Assembly: GCF_018977255.1 (NCBI RefSeq)
Contig: NW_024704743.1
Coordinates: 77,564,001-77,628,000, forward strand
Reading direction: 5' to 3'
Origin: Callorhinchus milii
Lineage: Eukaryota
DNA length: 64,000 nucleotides
In this document: piece by piece, positions 1 to 12,256 of the stretch
How positions within the stretch are numbered: position 1 is the stretch's first letter
Layout of the letters: each line of letters opens with the position of its first letter
Notes under the pieces: model-generated
Databases searched by the model: none
What the model was told of the DNA's origin: nothing
What the model saw: only the letters and a program-made list of their open reading frames with translations
Made by a program: the position numbers and the translations under genes

Positions 1-110
1 CATCTTCGAGGTGTCTCAAAGTGCTTTACAGAATTTACTATAAAGTGAATTGACTGTATATTTTGTGAGCGAAACGCGGCAGTCAATTGTGCTAATACAA
101 TGCTGTGTGC
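1..110 (-). mobile_element. tRNA-Ala-headed SINE (SINE2-1_CM-like), 3' fragment cut by window edge
   Basis: Matches the 3' half of the full copies at 26477-26822 and 43648-44030 (gtctcaaagtgct..acagaat.tact.taaagtgaattgactgtatattttgtg). Confidence 0.85.
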
Positions 111-389
111 CTATATCCACATAAAGCACGTAGCCTTCTGTGTAGGAACTTTCAAAACTAACAAATATTTGAAGATGTGATAATCATCACATAGCATATT
201 ATTCACTCATACAACATGTGAATAAATGAGGACTGTATTCTAACAGGTGGATTCAGACAAAGAGTGAAATCAAGAGCTATAGATAATTAACTTAACCATG
301 GTATTTATATTTGTCCTTTCAGATAGCAAAATTATAATTCTGGACATAATAAAACTGACATTTTAAATTGATGGTAACAATACAATTTA

Positions 390-600
390 CACACAATTTA
401 TATAGAACCTTTCAAGTCATGAGGGCATCCCAAAGAGCATTCACAGTCCTGGATGGCTCCTGAGCTGGGGATAGGGTAGCCGAAGAGGCTAGCAAGGAGA
501 AAGATGACCAAAAGCAGTCAAAGAGGTATATTTTGAGATGTGCCTTGAAAAAGGAGAATGAGGGAATGTGTCAAAAAGATTCAAGGGTGGAGTTCGAAAA
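390..600 (-). mobile_element. Old L2 LINE 3' tail remnant
   Basis: Degenerate version of the L2 tail seen at 39952-40130 (tttatatagaacctttca...gggcatcccaaagagc). Confidence 0.55.
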
Positions 601-764
601 AGATAATCTCAAGGCACACAATACAAATTTCTAAATATTTTTATTCCTCAACAGTTTTCTCCTTTCTACCTCGTCTCCTAAGGCAATTTGACTCTATTTA
701 TCCTCGCCCCAAGCATTTACACAGGTGTCTTTTACTCAGTGTAAATATTAAGTTAGTATATTGA

Positions 765-1020
765 ACTATAGGGCCTCACAGCCAAGCTCATTCCTGTCCT
801 CCCTGACAGCCACACCTGCAAACCGTCAAGCAGAGATCACTGGAAAGTTTTTCGAACACTGGCTGGCTTTCCCCTCCCTAATTCATAGATACTTTGTGGC
901 AGCCCTATCACAACCTTGGATGAGCTATATGGAGTACAGACAGAGAAAGGATCAAACTTGGGATTTTCCCAGTTTGTCTGCATTTAACTTTTCCCGGGTA
1001 AACTCACTTACTGAGCTTTC
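765..1020 (-). mobile_element. Ancient tRNA-headed SINE-like repeat ('family B')
   Basis: Minus strand starts AGCTCAG..(A-box-like) and has GTTTGATCC (B-box-like) plus the core gggaggggaaagccagccag shared with about 5165 and about 54405. Confidence 0.5.
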
Positions 1021-2288
1021 AGAAGAGCCGTATAGTGTATGTCTGAGTAGTATTTCCTGAAAGAAAATGGAAAATGTGATTTTAAAAATTCTTTTGAAGA
1101 ATAGAACTCATGCCCTTCAAGGAGTTAGATGTTGCAAAACAAACTGCTTGTCAAATGTTGAACATGGGGTATAGATTAAATCAGCAGGATTTTAACTGGA
1201 TTTGAAGACTGATTTTGCTATGGGATCCACAATGTGTTAAATCCATCAGTGGTCATGTAATTGAATGCTAAACGCACAGTCTTTATGCATTTTCCTGATC
1301 AACATTAGGTATGCTCTGTTAAAAGATCAAGAACAAAGCATTCTGTGTGTTCTCCCGTAAATAGTGCAGAACTAAGCACCATTCAGTTCATTCTTGTGAT
1401 GTGCCTCGTGCTCTTTAATTTGAGCATTTGTTTCTGAACTTCTCACCTATTTGCATTTCACTGAAGAAGTACAAACATTCATCATGGTGTAACCGTGAGC
1501 TACTTGGAACTAAATGACCCAAATCTGGCACCATTCCAATCCACTATAAATGGAGTAATTGCCCTTGACTATAAAATTTGCATTTTCCGACTTTAATTGC
1601 TATCATTATATTTTTGTAACTCTATTAATTTACCCTTATGAGAATTTTTTCCTTTAAAAACTTATAATTTGCATAGCGATGCGCTAGCTTCAGTGCTGAA
1701 CTTCATATATTCCACTTTTGGTGTTGTGTTAAGAATTCTTGAACTATAAATGGAGAGAACTCCATTGGAATCAATTTTCTGCTTCTGAGCCAGAACTTTT
1801 CGGTTTAATTTTCCATGTGCATTGACAGTTTTTAAAAATTATCATTATTAATTTATTATGATGCATATCAAGTCATGATAAAGCATCATTAAATCAGCCG
1901 GTGATAATGGTCGCTGGCTGTGTCGATGGATCATAGCCTTAGTTGTAACACAAGTAACATCTATTGCTGTGATTTCTCTACTTGCTCAACCATGAGCAGC
2001 TGTTGTACAGATGTTGTCAAATGAAGAACTGGCCTGCACTGTGATCTGTGATTCACTATTAAACCATAATGGAAGCAAGGGCAGCCAGAAGTCAATTAAC
2101 TTCATAACCATCATGGCCTTCATAGAGAGGTGCATTTTGCCATTTACTATTTGATGGATTTAAGACATAGAGAACATGTTTAGACCCTCATGCCACATGT
2201 GTCAACTGGAACTTGTCATTTTCCAGTAAAAAGTTTGGTGCTGAGTATTGTGTGATCAATGAAGGAGTAGAGGGGGAGGTATTAAAAA

Positions 2289-2400
2289 TATAATAATAAT
2301 CCTTGCATTTTATATCATCTTATATCCTTGAGATGTCTCAATGCTCTTCACAGAGGATTGTAAAGTGGATTGACTATTTTGTGGGTGAAACAAACAAAAT
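2289..2400 (-). mobile_element. SINE 3' fragment
   Basis: (TAA)n-tccttgcattt...gagatgtctcaa..gattgtaaagtggattgact, the same tail as full SINE copies. Confidence 0.75.
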
Positions 2401-2639
2401 TCACAGGTAGTTTGGGAAGATCTAAGAGATTTGTTTTGCAAAATGTCCCCTGGTGAAACATATATCAGTTTGCTAGCATCACACACACCTTCAGCTTTAT
2501 GAATGTGTTTATATTTTGGCTGTACTGTCAGATAATTGCACAAGACACTCCAATCATAAACAAAGCCTCCCTGTGATCAAGGTCAATACAACTGAGCCAA
2601 CTTCAGTTTTGTTTTCTGAGGAACATAAGCAATATAACT

Positions 2640-2765
2640 TCTGCAATTAGTTGTTGCCTTTGTCAAAAAATGTACAGTCACTACGCTTCACAGTAAAATC
2701 ATGTGAAGAACCTTGAGACGTTCCAACTATAAGGCACTATATCAAATGCAATGATTATTATTATT
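2640..2765 (+). mobile_element. SINE 3' fragment
   Basis: acagtcact...gtgaag..ccttgagacg...cactatatcaaatgcaatg(att)n. Confidence 0.7.
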
Positions 2766-3169
2766 AACTAAGGTGCAATGCAGATGTCTTCTCTCATTAG
2801 GGTCTATCTTGCTATCCTTGTGATGCAAATGTATAACACTAGATGGTCTCATCATGGTTCTCGGGCATTAAGTTACTAATGAATGCCACTAACATTTTAA
2901 AGGACAGAATTCAAGGGCTAAGGCACTCTGGAACTGTGCTAGCAAAACTGTGCTAGCAACGGTAGATCAGACCTCTACCTCTGTTCCTCTCAAGTATACT
3001 GCCTTCATCTGTAGAGTGTAGTTCAATCTTTTCTTCAATGACCCAATCATTGGCAAATCCCCCGTGAAACCCCTGGGTGAGGAGGGGCCACCATTGAGAA
3101 AACTCGGCACACCACATCAATTCTGTGGTTACAACAGTTGCCAAAAGTTAGATATTCTGTGGCGAAAGG

Positions 3170-3680
3170 CTCACCTCCTAATTCCTCAAAGTTCCTTTAT
3201 TATCTACAAGGCTTGAGTCAAGAGTGTGATGGATTGTTTACCATTCACCTGAATGATGCAGATACAACAACAGTCAAGAGGCTTCCAGGAGAGAGCAGTT
3301 TGGTTGATTAATACCTTATCCACTCACATCAAAGTCCACTGTCTCTCCCACCCTACATCCTGTGGCTTCAGTGTATACTGTATGCAGAATGCACCATTAC
3401 AATCTATCAACATTGATTCAACAGCACCTCCTAGTCCTGCAACCGCCACCATCCAGGGGAACAAGAATAGTATTATCATGGAAACACGACCTCAAAGTCA
3501 TTCACCATCCTGATTTGGACATTTAACAACTGTTCATCATTGTGTCAAAATCCTGGAATTCCCTATCAAATAACATCAAGGGAGCACCAGTATCATCACA
3601 GGTGGAAGGGTTTAAAAAAAAGACCCATCCCCACTTTCTCAGGGCACCTGGCAATGGGTAATAAATGCTGGCATATTCCT
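3170..3680 (+). mobile_element. Degenerate CR1/L2-group LINE, ORF2 C-terminus plus 3' UTR
   Basis: ctacaaggct.gagtcaagagtgtgatgga resembles the YKAQVRSVMEY motif; 'FQERAVWLI'; ctggaattcccta (WNSL); ends ...gggtaataaatgctggc. Confidence 0.7.
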
Positions 3681-3769
3681 AGAATAAGTAAATATTTTTG
3701 AGAGCTTAAATAAAAATTCCACACATCCTGATGCAGTTTAACTTCAGTAAGATGTTAGTTTATAAAGAA

Positions 3770-3965
3770 TAAATCTTGCATTTTGAGAGAAGGGAGTTTC
3801 TCCCGGTCCCCAAAATTGAACATTCACTTCATGGCTGCCTGTGGGACATTGTTTTGCACAAATTGGTCGCTGCTTCTGCCCACAAAACACATAACAAAGT
3901 ACAATATATTCTATGAAGCTCTTTGGGTTGTCCTCCCAATGTAAAAGACATTATACCAAATGTAA
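3770..3965 (+). mobile_element. Deu-domain SINE, 3' part
   Basis: gagaagggagtttctccc...cattcacttcatggctg.ctgtgggacatt matches the copy at 39421-39840. Confidence 0.75.
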
Positions 3966-4538
3966 TACGTTACGTTACATTATATTATATCACTATTGAA
4001 AAAAAAGTTGACTTTAATATGAGGGAAGGGGTGGGAGGTAATGAGATGGCCAAACATATTTGAAAGATTAAACTATTTAAACAAGCATTGTACTGACAAG
4101 TCTGAAGTCGACAGGATTACCGAAGGAGCCACATAGATAAAAAATAATGTAGAAATATCAACCTTAATTTTACATGAATATCTGACCTTTAATACACTAT
4201 TCTCCAATTATGTTGTTAAATGTTGCAAAAGTGCCAAAGGTTATTAATCTCATTAGTGTCTGGAGCTCACTTAGAAGGAAATAATGGGGTTTATGCTAGA
4301 TAGTGTTACACTTTGAAATGTGAAGAACTGTGTGAAGGAGGTGTGAGCTATTGAAACAGTCAGGTTGAACAGAACAATGTTTTACACAGGCTAATATTTG
4401 GGTTGATGAGGTGATGCAGGATATTAAGAGGTGTAATCTTTCCTGTCCATTTCGCTTAGCAGCCAATTCAGTCCTTTTGACAAATGCTGTAGCTTGTAGC
4501 TTTTGAACTGAGAAGTTAGAAATCATGGGGATCAATTT

Positions 4539-4645
4539 TAATAATAATAATAATAATACTTGTATTTAATATAGCACCTCATCTTTGAGACTTCTCAAAG
4601 TGCTTCACAAAATATACTGTTAAGTGAATTGATTGTATATTTTCT
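4539..4645 (-). mobile_element. SINE 3' fragment with (TAA)n
   Basis: (taa)6 then cttgtattta.tatagcacc...tctcaaagtgcttcaca.aatatactgt. Confidence 0.8.
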
Positions 4646-5023
4646 GGTCCTTCTTAGCAGGATTTCTTCATTAAGAAACCAGAGAACTGCAATGGCAACT
4701 TAAGGTACATCACCCACCACAAAATCTGACCCAAGGGAGCCTCACTACAAAACTAGATCATGTTTGTGCGGCATTCCTGCCACCATGGAATTGTGCATTT
4801 TTAAATTAAGAAATAGGGCAAATGGGGCAGCCAGGTGTCTGATATTTGCCAAAACTCATCACAATGCTTCAGAGTCACCAATCCAGACTGTGAGTTCCAC
4901 AAATGTAGGCGGCTTACACATGGAACTTTTCCTGTGTCTGGAAAGGGATGTGGACCCTGGAGAGATGCATCCTGCTTCCTAATTTCAAAGAGTATCAGAT
5001 GCAGCTTGAAAAGATCTGAGGCT

Positions 5024-5395
5024 TGGGGACTCTGATGGTGTAATGGATAGAGCGGCAGGGTGTTGACTAGGAGCTCACTGGTTTGAATGCCAGTTCATTG
5101 TGAGTTTGCTGGATCAGCCAGCTATGTAGGGAGGCTAAAATGGCTCTGGCCTTTCAAAGGTTAAGGAGGGGAAAAACAACTGGAGTTCATGCTCTTTAAA
5201 GCACTGGTTGTGCGTGTGTTATCTCAGGCTCAGTCGTGATACTTTCTAAAGTCTAATGTATCTGAACCTGCAACCTTCTGACACTCATTGCCAAGGGTCA
5301 CCAGAGAGCAATCAGCATCTGTGGAGCCATACCCCAACAAGGTGAGGCAGACCAGGAACAGAGAGGCAAAGGCCAAGGGGAGAAAATTAGGAAAG
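5024..5395 (+). mobile_element. Ancient tRNA-headed SINE-like repeat ('family B')
   Basis: ggggactctgatggtgtaatgg (A-box-like), ggtttgaatgcc (B-box-like), core aggaggggaaaa, and a 3' end ...ggggagaaaattag shared with 25655-25770. Confidence 0.5.
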
Positions 5396-5459
5396 AAAAT
5401 TGGACACTAAATCTGTTAAATTGAGACCATAGTTACCAAATTGCCAGGTGGTTGTAAGA

Positions 5460-5670
5460 ATATTAATAACTCTTGCATTTGATATAGTGCCTTATCATGT
5501 TGTTGAGACATCTCAAAGTGCTTCACAGAATATATTGTAAAGTGGATTGAATGTGTAATTTGTGGATGAAATGTGACAGCCAAATGCGCATAGCTGTGTC
5601 CCACAAACAATCGTGGATTGAGTAACCAAATTTTTTTTGAGGGATTATTCTCATATTATACCAGAGGGAA
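5460..5670 (-). mobile_element. tRNA-Ala SINE family, 5'-truncated
   Basis: cttgcatttgatatag...gtcccacaaaca.tcgtggattgag...gagggattatt. Confidence 0.85.
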
Positions 5671-5930
5671 TATCTGGTTATTCTTCCCTTGTGCGTGTAC
5701 TGTGTGCTACTGGAAGTGGTGTTATGGGTATGTAATGGACTTTCCCATTCTGATGGTTAGATTGCTTTGAAGAATGTTATAATTTAAGAAATGCACTATG
5801 GCTCTGTACCATGGAGAATGTTTTTCTGAATGTGCTACCCACAAACTGTGTTACCCACAAAATTAGGGTGACCAAAAGTTGGCTGGAACTTTCCCTGTAT
5901 TCCCTATATAATTTTTGGTCCTAACCAGGC

Positions 5931-6303
5931 TAATAATAATAATAATAATCTTTACATTTGATATAGCACCTTACCACATCACTTAGAGATGTCTCAAAGT
6001 GCTTCACAGAATATGATTGTATATTTTGTGGATGAAACACAGAAGCCAATTGCACATAGCAATATCTCACAAACAGGCATGGATTGACTAACCAAATTAT
6101 AATTATTAGTTTTTTGAAGAGATTATTACCGCTGGAAAAGCGATCTGCCAATTAATTTAACAACCGGGTTCCTACTTACTGCTGAGTAAACAGAGGGGTG
6201 TGGAGTAAGGAAACTTGACTAACATTTCACCCTGCCTGGGAATTGAACCCAAGTCCTCTCGTTTACAAGGCAAGTGCTCTAACCAATACATTATAGGGCT
6301 TCC
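5931..6303 (-). mobile_element. Full-length tRNA-Ala-headed SINE
   Basis: (TAA)n tail at 5931; head reads gggaattgaaccc...caaggcaagtgctctaacca on + (B and A boxes on -). Confidence 0.9.
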
Positions 6304-7949
6304 CAGGCTTTCTCCACGATGAAAGAGGCAGGAAGAATCCCTTTACTTACCATTTTCAGTAGCTGCTGCAAAAGTAATAGTAACAGAGGCTTAAGAGCCT
6401 CTTCTTCATCCAAATTCACATTAAAAACTCAGATGAATTGACCGTTCATCCATCTCCTTGCTATTTGTGGAATATTGCAGGTACAGATTATCTGCCACAT
6501 TTGCTTGCAGTCACCACACTTAAAAGCAACTCACTGAAATGTCTTTATGTAAGATGTTTATGTTGTGCATTGTTATTGATTGTTTCATTGTAATTGCTAT
6601 GTGAATTATAAATCCATGTAACTCTTCTTGGAACATTCCTCAACTATTAAAATTGTACAGAAAGGTAGAATATTGTATGAAAGAACAAATGGGTGTAAGA
6701 GTCTTAAATACTCACAAGGAACTACAAGAAGAATCCAGCTATGCCCATCTACATATAAAACAGAACAAGATTTGAATGCTACCATTACTGGTTCATAAGT
6801 TATACGCTGACTGATTCTCACATTAATACCATTGTGTCCATAGATCCACTGTATTTAATGTACATCATCATACAATCAAAGGGTCAGAAAATTGCACTCG
6901 CTTAATATAGTAAAATGATTTACTGGAATTTTATGGAGGTTGCTGAGTGGTGTCTTTCGAGGGATAAAAGGCTTTATCTCTGGATAAGCTCTCATGAAAG
7001 AAGCAGTCAGCTTCCCGTCTTTCTGGGTCTGTAAATCCTGTCCTTAAGACATTGGTGACATTCAATAGTAACATAAGACTTGAGGACTATGCAGAGACTA
7101 TCTTGTGTTATGTTTGTATCACAGGCATAACAAGTTTGTAACAGGTTCAGCCTGCGATCAACAGCAGCATGAGGCTTGTGGAGTGACACAGCTAATAACC
7201 AACTCACCCAATGAGTTGGGAGAAAACCTGTTATTCACATGTGGGGATCTCTTCCGCTGGGAGGCTGCTGTGAGCATGCACTGAGCCATGATTCACACTC
7301 ATCAGCTGGGAAATGTAATTGCTTTCCATGACTAGGTTAGAAAGTGTACCTGATGCAGAGAATCCCAATGGAATTTAATGCATTATTTCCCAGTAATATT
7401 GTCTCTTCCACTCACGTGAAACAAACCTGGAGTACTTTGACCATAGTTACTGTAATGGTGGTCAGTAAAAGATGCAGGGCACTGACTTATAATAAAATCA
7501 CACTTCTGCACTGGCTTTATCGAACAGTGCAACTCTCAACAGTGACAGAAAGGAATGTTGAATCTTGAGTCAGCCTGCTCCATTCAAAGTCCTCATTGAG
7601 ACTTTCACTTTGCAGATTGTCAGAGATTCGCAATTTTGTTGCAGCAGCACACTCCCAGCCATCTTTTATTCTGTGTGATATTCACGGATAATATTGCTGG
7701 AATGTTAGGGGTTCAGAGTACAAATAACTGCATCTGATTGAGTTATAGTCATAGAAAATCTTAATAGCTGGATTTTCCACCCACCCCACATCTTCCCTCC
7801 CTTCCTCCCTGCCTCACTCGCTCACTTATTTTCCTTTCCCTTTTCAGAATTTTCAACCTGTAGAATTGATTCACAGTTCAAACTACTAGCATATGTGGTA
7901 TGTGTGACATTGCTGTACGCAAATTGACTGCCACATTCACCCACAAAAA

Positions 7950-8800
7950 CATACAGGCATAGTCGAGCCTGGAGGTAATAAATGTGTGGATGAGGGTTTC
8001 AGCGGCTTGAGGGGAGAGACAGTGGCAGAGCCAGGCGATGTTGTGGTGGTGAGGGAAAGCAGAACGGGTCATGGCAAGGATGTGTGGTAGAAAGGACAGA
8101 CGCCAAGGCCTCAAGGTTCCAGACTGGCTCAGTGAGGTGGAGTGTGCATCCATGGATGGTAATGCTGCCAGTGCCTGAAGTGTGGAGGAACTGACAGGAG
8201 CCAATCAGGAGGTCCTCGGTCTTGTTGACATTCAACTGGAGAAAGTTAGCTCTGATCCAGAACTTGATGTCTGAGGGGGTAGCAGTTTGGAGGGCAGAGG
8301 TGGCTGAGTGGATCCCTTGATTTTGGTTTCCAGGAAATCCAGCATCTCCTCGCAGTTGGAGTTGGAGGAGAGGATGGGCGAGGAGTGAGAGGATGGGTGG
8401 ATGAGCCGGTTGGTGGTGGAGAAGAGAAGGCTGGAGTTGTCTTTGGCCGAAGGTGACTGGTATAGCAATGTGACTTGTGTGAGTAGGAGGCAGTTTGGGA
8501 GGTGAGGGGGTCAAGGGCATCAAGAGTGACAAAGAGGGAGTTGTCGAGAAGAGTGACTAAGGAGGATGTCATTGTGGGATGAAGCCCAGAGAGGGAGGAG
8601 TTCAGGGAAGTGGAGGTGGTGGGGTGGGGAAGGTTTTTTTTCCCTGGGGTAGTAGGAGATGGAGGTGGGTTGGATGGCATTGTGGATAGGGATGGAGGAG
8701 TTATGGGAGATGTAGTAATGATCCGAAACGGCTTTGTCAATGATGATGATGTCTGAGGCCCTGGGTCTGGGTAATCACCAGATCAAGCAGGTGGCCATGG
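7950..8800 (-). mobile_element. Internally deleted, degenerate L2 LINE ORF2 fragments
   Basis: Translated pieces 'LSPQAAETLIHTFITSRLDY', 'WIRANFLQLNVNKTEDLLIG' and 'CEEMLDFLETKI' are L2 ORF2 motifs; RT core is missing; frameshifts present. Confidence 0.85.
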
Positions 8801-9534
8801 ATGTACGTAGTGGAGGGAGGTATGTTATATATTTTTAGATAATAGGGTAGATATCATGACAACCTGTAGAGACCCATAGACCTGAGAGTGAGTGCAAAGC
8901 TGTAATTGAATCACAGAGGGTCTGCTGGTGTCTGTAAACTGCTTGCATTTCACTCTGGTGTTTTATGATGTGATCAGAACTGCAGATTGAATTACAGCCA
9001 TGCAGCCCACTGCCAGCTATCTATTACCCCAAGTATAATTTATTGAAAGTGGACAGTGATGAGGGAGATATTAGATGTAAAAATTACATTATGCTGTATT
9101 TAAAAAGCAGTGACCATTTCTCTTGTTATAGGTCCGACAAAAGACTCGAAAGCAGATTGTTGAATGTCGGATAAACATGTAACCATTTGAGTTTGTTTCT
9201 GATTGTTGCACAATACAGAGCGGAGACGAGTCTCTGAGACTTGTGATTTGGGGTTCATGGTAACTTTCAAACCAGATGCAGTAACCTACATCAGAGGATG
9301 GGTTGAAATAGACTTATAGTCCAAATTAGTTCTTTTAGCTACATTGTCGCATTTGCTCATTACATCCATTGCGCTGTTAAACAAATTCAGGATAAACAAC
9401 CTTCAGTGAGCTCATCTGACTCCAGCCCCAATTCAACTCTGAGTCAAGCCCTGTGTAGACACATTAGCATTTTACAGAGATGGTCCTTGTAACATAATAA
9501 CCTAAGAAGTGCAAAAGACTATATATGAATTTGT

Positions 9535-9700
9535 TTGTATGTTCACGCCCACCATAGATATTCATACCCATTATGTATACTCACACAATTATATATACTC
9601 TCACTACCATGTTAACTGATGCTCAACATGTATACTTACACAATCATGTTTACTCACACTATTGTGTGCATACTCACACAATCATATTTACTCACTGCCC
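9535..9700. repeat. Degenerate minisatellite, about 35-bp unit, 3-4 copies
   Basis: tgtatactcacacaattatatatactc / tgtatacttacacaatcatgtttactc / tgcatactcacacaatcatatttactc. Confidence 0.75.
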
Positions 9701-12059
9701 CCATCCCATGATGTAATCTCCAAATTTCATGACATTCGAATTAACAGCCATAAAACGATGCACAGAATTTCAATCCCTAAATCTTTGTCTCTTGTATTAG
9801 CACAAGCAACAAAGCATAAGAACTACACATTGTTCTATCAATGATTAAAAGTCTTAAACAGTTCTTGATTTGAAGAAATCGCTATTCGTACAGTAAATTA
9901 ATGAACAAGTTGTCTTGAGAGTGGAATATAAACCAAATTGACTATGGGCAAAAAAGTGGTTCAATAAATTTATATTTGAACATGAAATAATTGTAAATTT
10001 CACAGATGTGAACAGCACTCGTTGCACTGCCATAACATTTTCTGTGCATCTGCATGTAACGGAGAATCCTGCCTGTTATTCTCTTTTATTTAGGAGGTTA
10101 GGGTTTTGCAGTGTAAACCATTTCAATAGTACAGACACCTCAGTTATTGACATGAATTCATGAACTTACACCAGTTTAGCGTAATAGCAGAGAGAAAAAA
10201 ACATTATTTTATCATTAACAACAATTTAGATATATTTCAGGATTGAGTCCATCTCTTATACTTTAAGACAATCTGAATTGTACATTTAAGAATCAGATGA
10301 AATGTTTGGATTTGAAAACCTCTTCTGCTTGCAAAGTGAAAAGAAAAGCAAATTTTTTTATGTCCCTCTTGTAGCAGGCAAAGCTGTCACAAGTGGCTCT
10401 AAATCTATTTCAGAAGCAATTATTATGGACCAGTGCTTTTGAATATAGAGCCTAAACAATTTATGTAGCAAAACACAAGTCACTTGGTTAAAACTTCATA
10501 TGCTTTCCACTTGATTGAATTTTGAGACAAAAGTATTTAAAAATCCTTTTAGAATATTTTCAATTAATACAAAAGAAAGAGGATTTGAAATCATTTAGGT
10601 GCAATTGGTTAATCCAGGGATAGTTAATCTTTTTTACTTCAATTTTTTTTAGCAACTATGAAAATGTTTTGGTTTTGAGTAATTCTTGTGAAGCTGCAAT
10701 CTTCTGTTTTCATGTGGAAAGCCTTTTGCGTTAAGAGTGTTTCCCAATATACAGGTGAAATGACAAAATGTCTGTGGGACCCTTAAATCAGGGAAATGTT
10801 ACAATGACTGAAAATGTTACTGAAAATGCTTCATGAAGAAAGAAATGGAGATATCACAAAATACACAATAAACATGATCTGTCCCGATTTCCTCCAATGT
10901 GCTAAGAGTAATGTCAAAGAACGATGACAAAGTCTCAGAACAAGATGGAATGATAAAACACCAGAGAATTTGTTAGTTTCATGAGAATATGTTACCTTCA
11001 TCTGGCAACATTCTAACCCATCACAAGGTTTGCAAAGGAAAATTGAAAGGAGGTGGAGTTGAGTTGGATGAATTGATTTCATTCCACAGCAATGATGATC
11101 TCTCCCTTCAAAGTGAGAAAAACATATCTGTCAAATTAAATACTCCTAGAACAAAGTCACTTCCTTGGCAAATGAGTGGCAGTCTACATTCCACAACTTC
11201 TGACGTTAGGTATTGTGCTACTTGGTGTTAGGCCTGAAGTATGAGGAGCCTAGCACTTTTAGACAATTTTGAAAGCAGCCACACATACAGCAAAGAGTTG
11301 AAGGAAGTACGAGTCTGCACTGGTAAAATGGCCCTGTGATGACAGATTGTTGTGCATTAATTCTGCCAGGATATCTGTGAGTGAGTTGCAGATGGATGTG
11401 GCAGAGAGTGCTGGTGGACAGCCTCTCTACCAGGAAGTGATCTTCTTTGCATCCATGGCAAAGATAAAAACAGGCTTTAAAGAGCAATTTCAGGGCCAGA
11501 TCAAAATGCACAAGAGATTTGTGCTGCTCCCTTCTGTCAGAAATTCACAGCAGCAGTTACAAGGGCATCAGGCACAGCTCCAGCACTGTTATCACATTTT
11601 ACTGAGTGCTAAGAAACAACTATTAAAACACATCACCACACCTTCTGTCTCACAGATGCTAGATTTGGTTTAATTTTTTTTGTATCCCTTTCCTGAACTA
11701 TCCAAGGTCTTGCCTTCAATAATAACAAAAACTTGTATTTATATAGTGTCTTTAATGCAGGATAATGTTTCGTAACATTGCTTTCATTCTCCTTCGAACA
11801 GCAGAATGAGGAAGTTAATGTGGAACCAGCTGAGGACCCAGGTTCTGAGAAATAGGAATCAGGGATTTAGAAAATAATATTCAACTTAAGGTTTTGGATA
11901 GTTGCTTGCCTCCATTATCTTACAACTCTCTCCCTGCCACAGTATCTCCTTACCCACTGCTGCTCTGCCCTTGGCCAGAGTTCAGATGAACATAATGAAT
12001 TTTTTAATGACATGCTGTTTGATACAAAATGGATTGACTGAGTGATTCATTATTTCACA

Positions 12060-12256
12060 AAGATTTACAAAGAATATATAGCACAGAAACAGGCCACTCA
12101 GCACACCCAGTTGATGCCAGTGTTTATACTCCACACAAGTCTTCACTCATTCCTTACTCCTGCCCATACCCTTCTATCATATTAAGGTCTCGCTTCCGCT
12201 TGAATGCATCTATATTCTCTGATTCAACCATCGCTTCAGGCAGTGAGTTCCACATT
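12060..12256 (-). mobile_element. CR1 LINE 3' UTR/ORF2 end
   Basis: tagcacagaaacaggcca.tcagc..., ...ggcagtgagttccacatt (WNSLP on -); reverse-complement homologous to 24645-24812. Confidence 0.75.

Noticed and set aside
9132..9180. Acceptor tttctcttgttatag followed by a CpG-containing exon-like run
   Set aside because: Weak donor (gtaacc), stops in two frames, unrecognisable peptide in the third.
9535..9700. Repeat-spacer-like array
   Set aside because: Degenerate tandem minisatellite in vertebrate DNA; no constant repeats with unique spacers, no cas genes.
11347..11673. 108-aa ORF
   Set aside because: Non-ATG start, no recognisable motif, no convincing splice boundaries.
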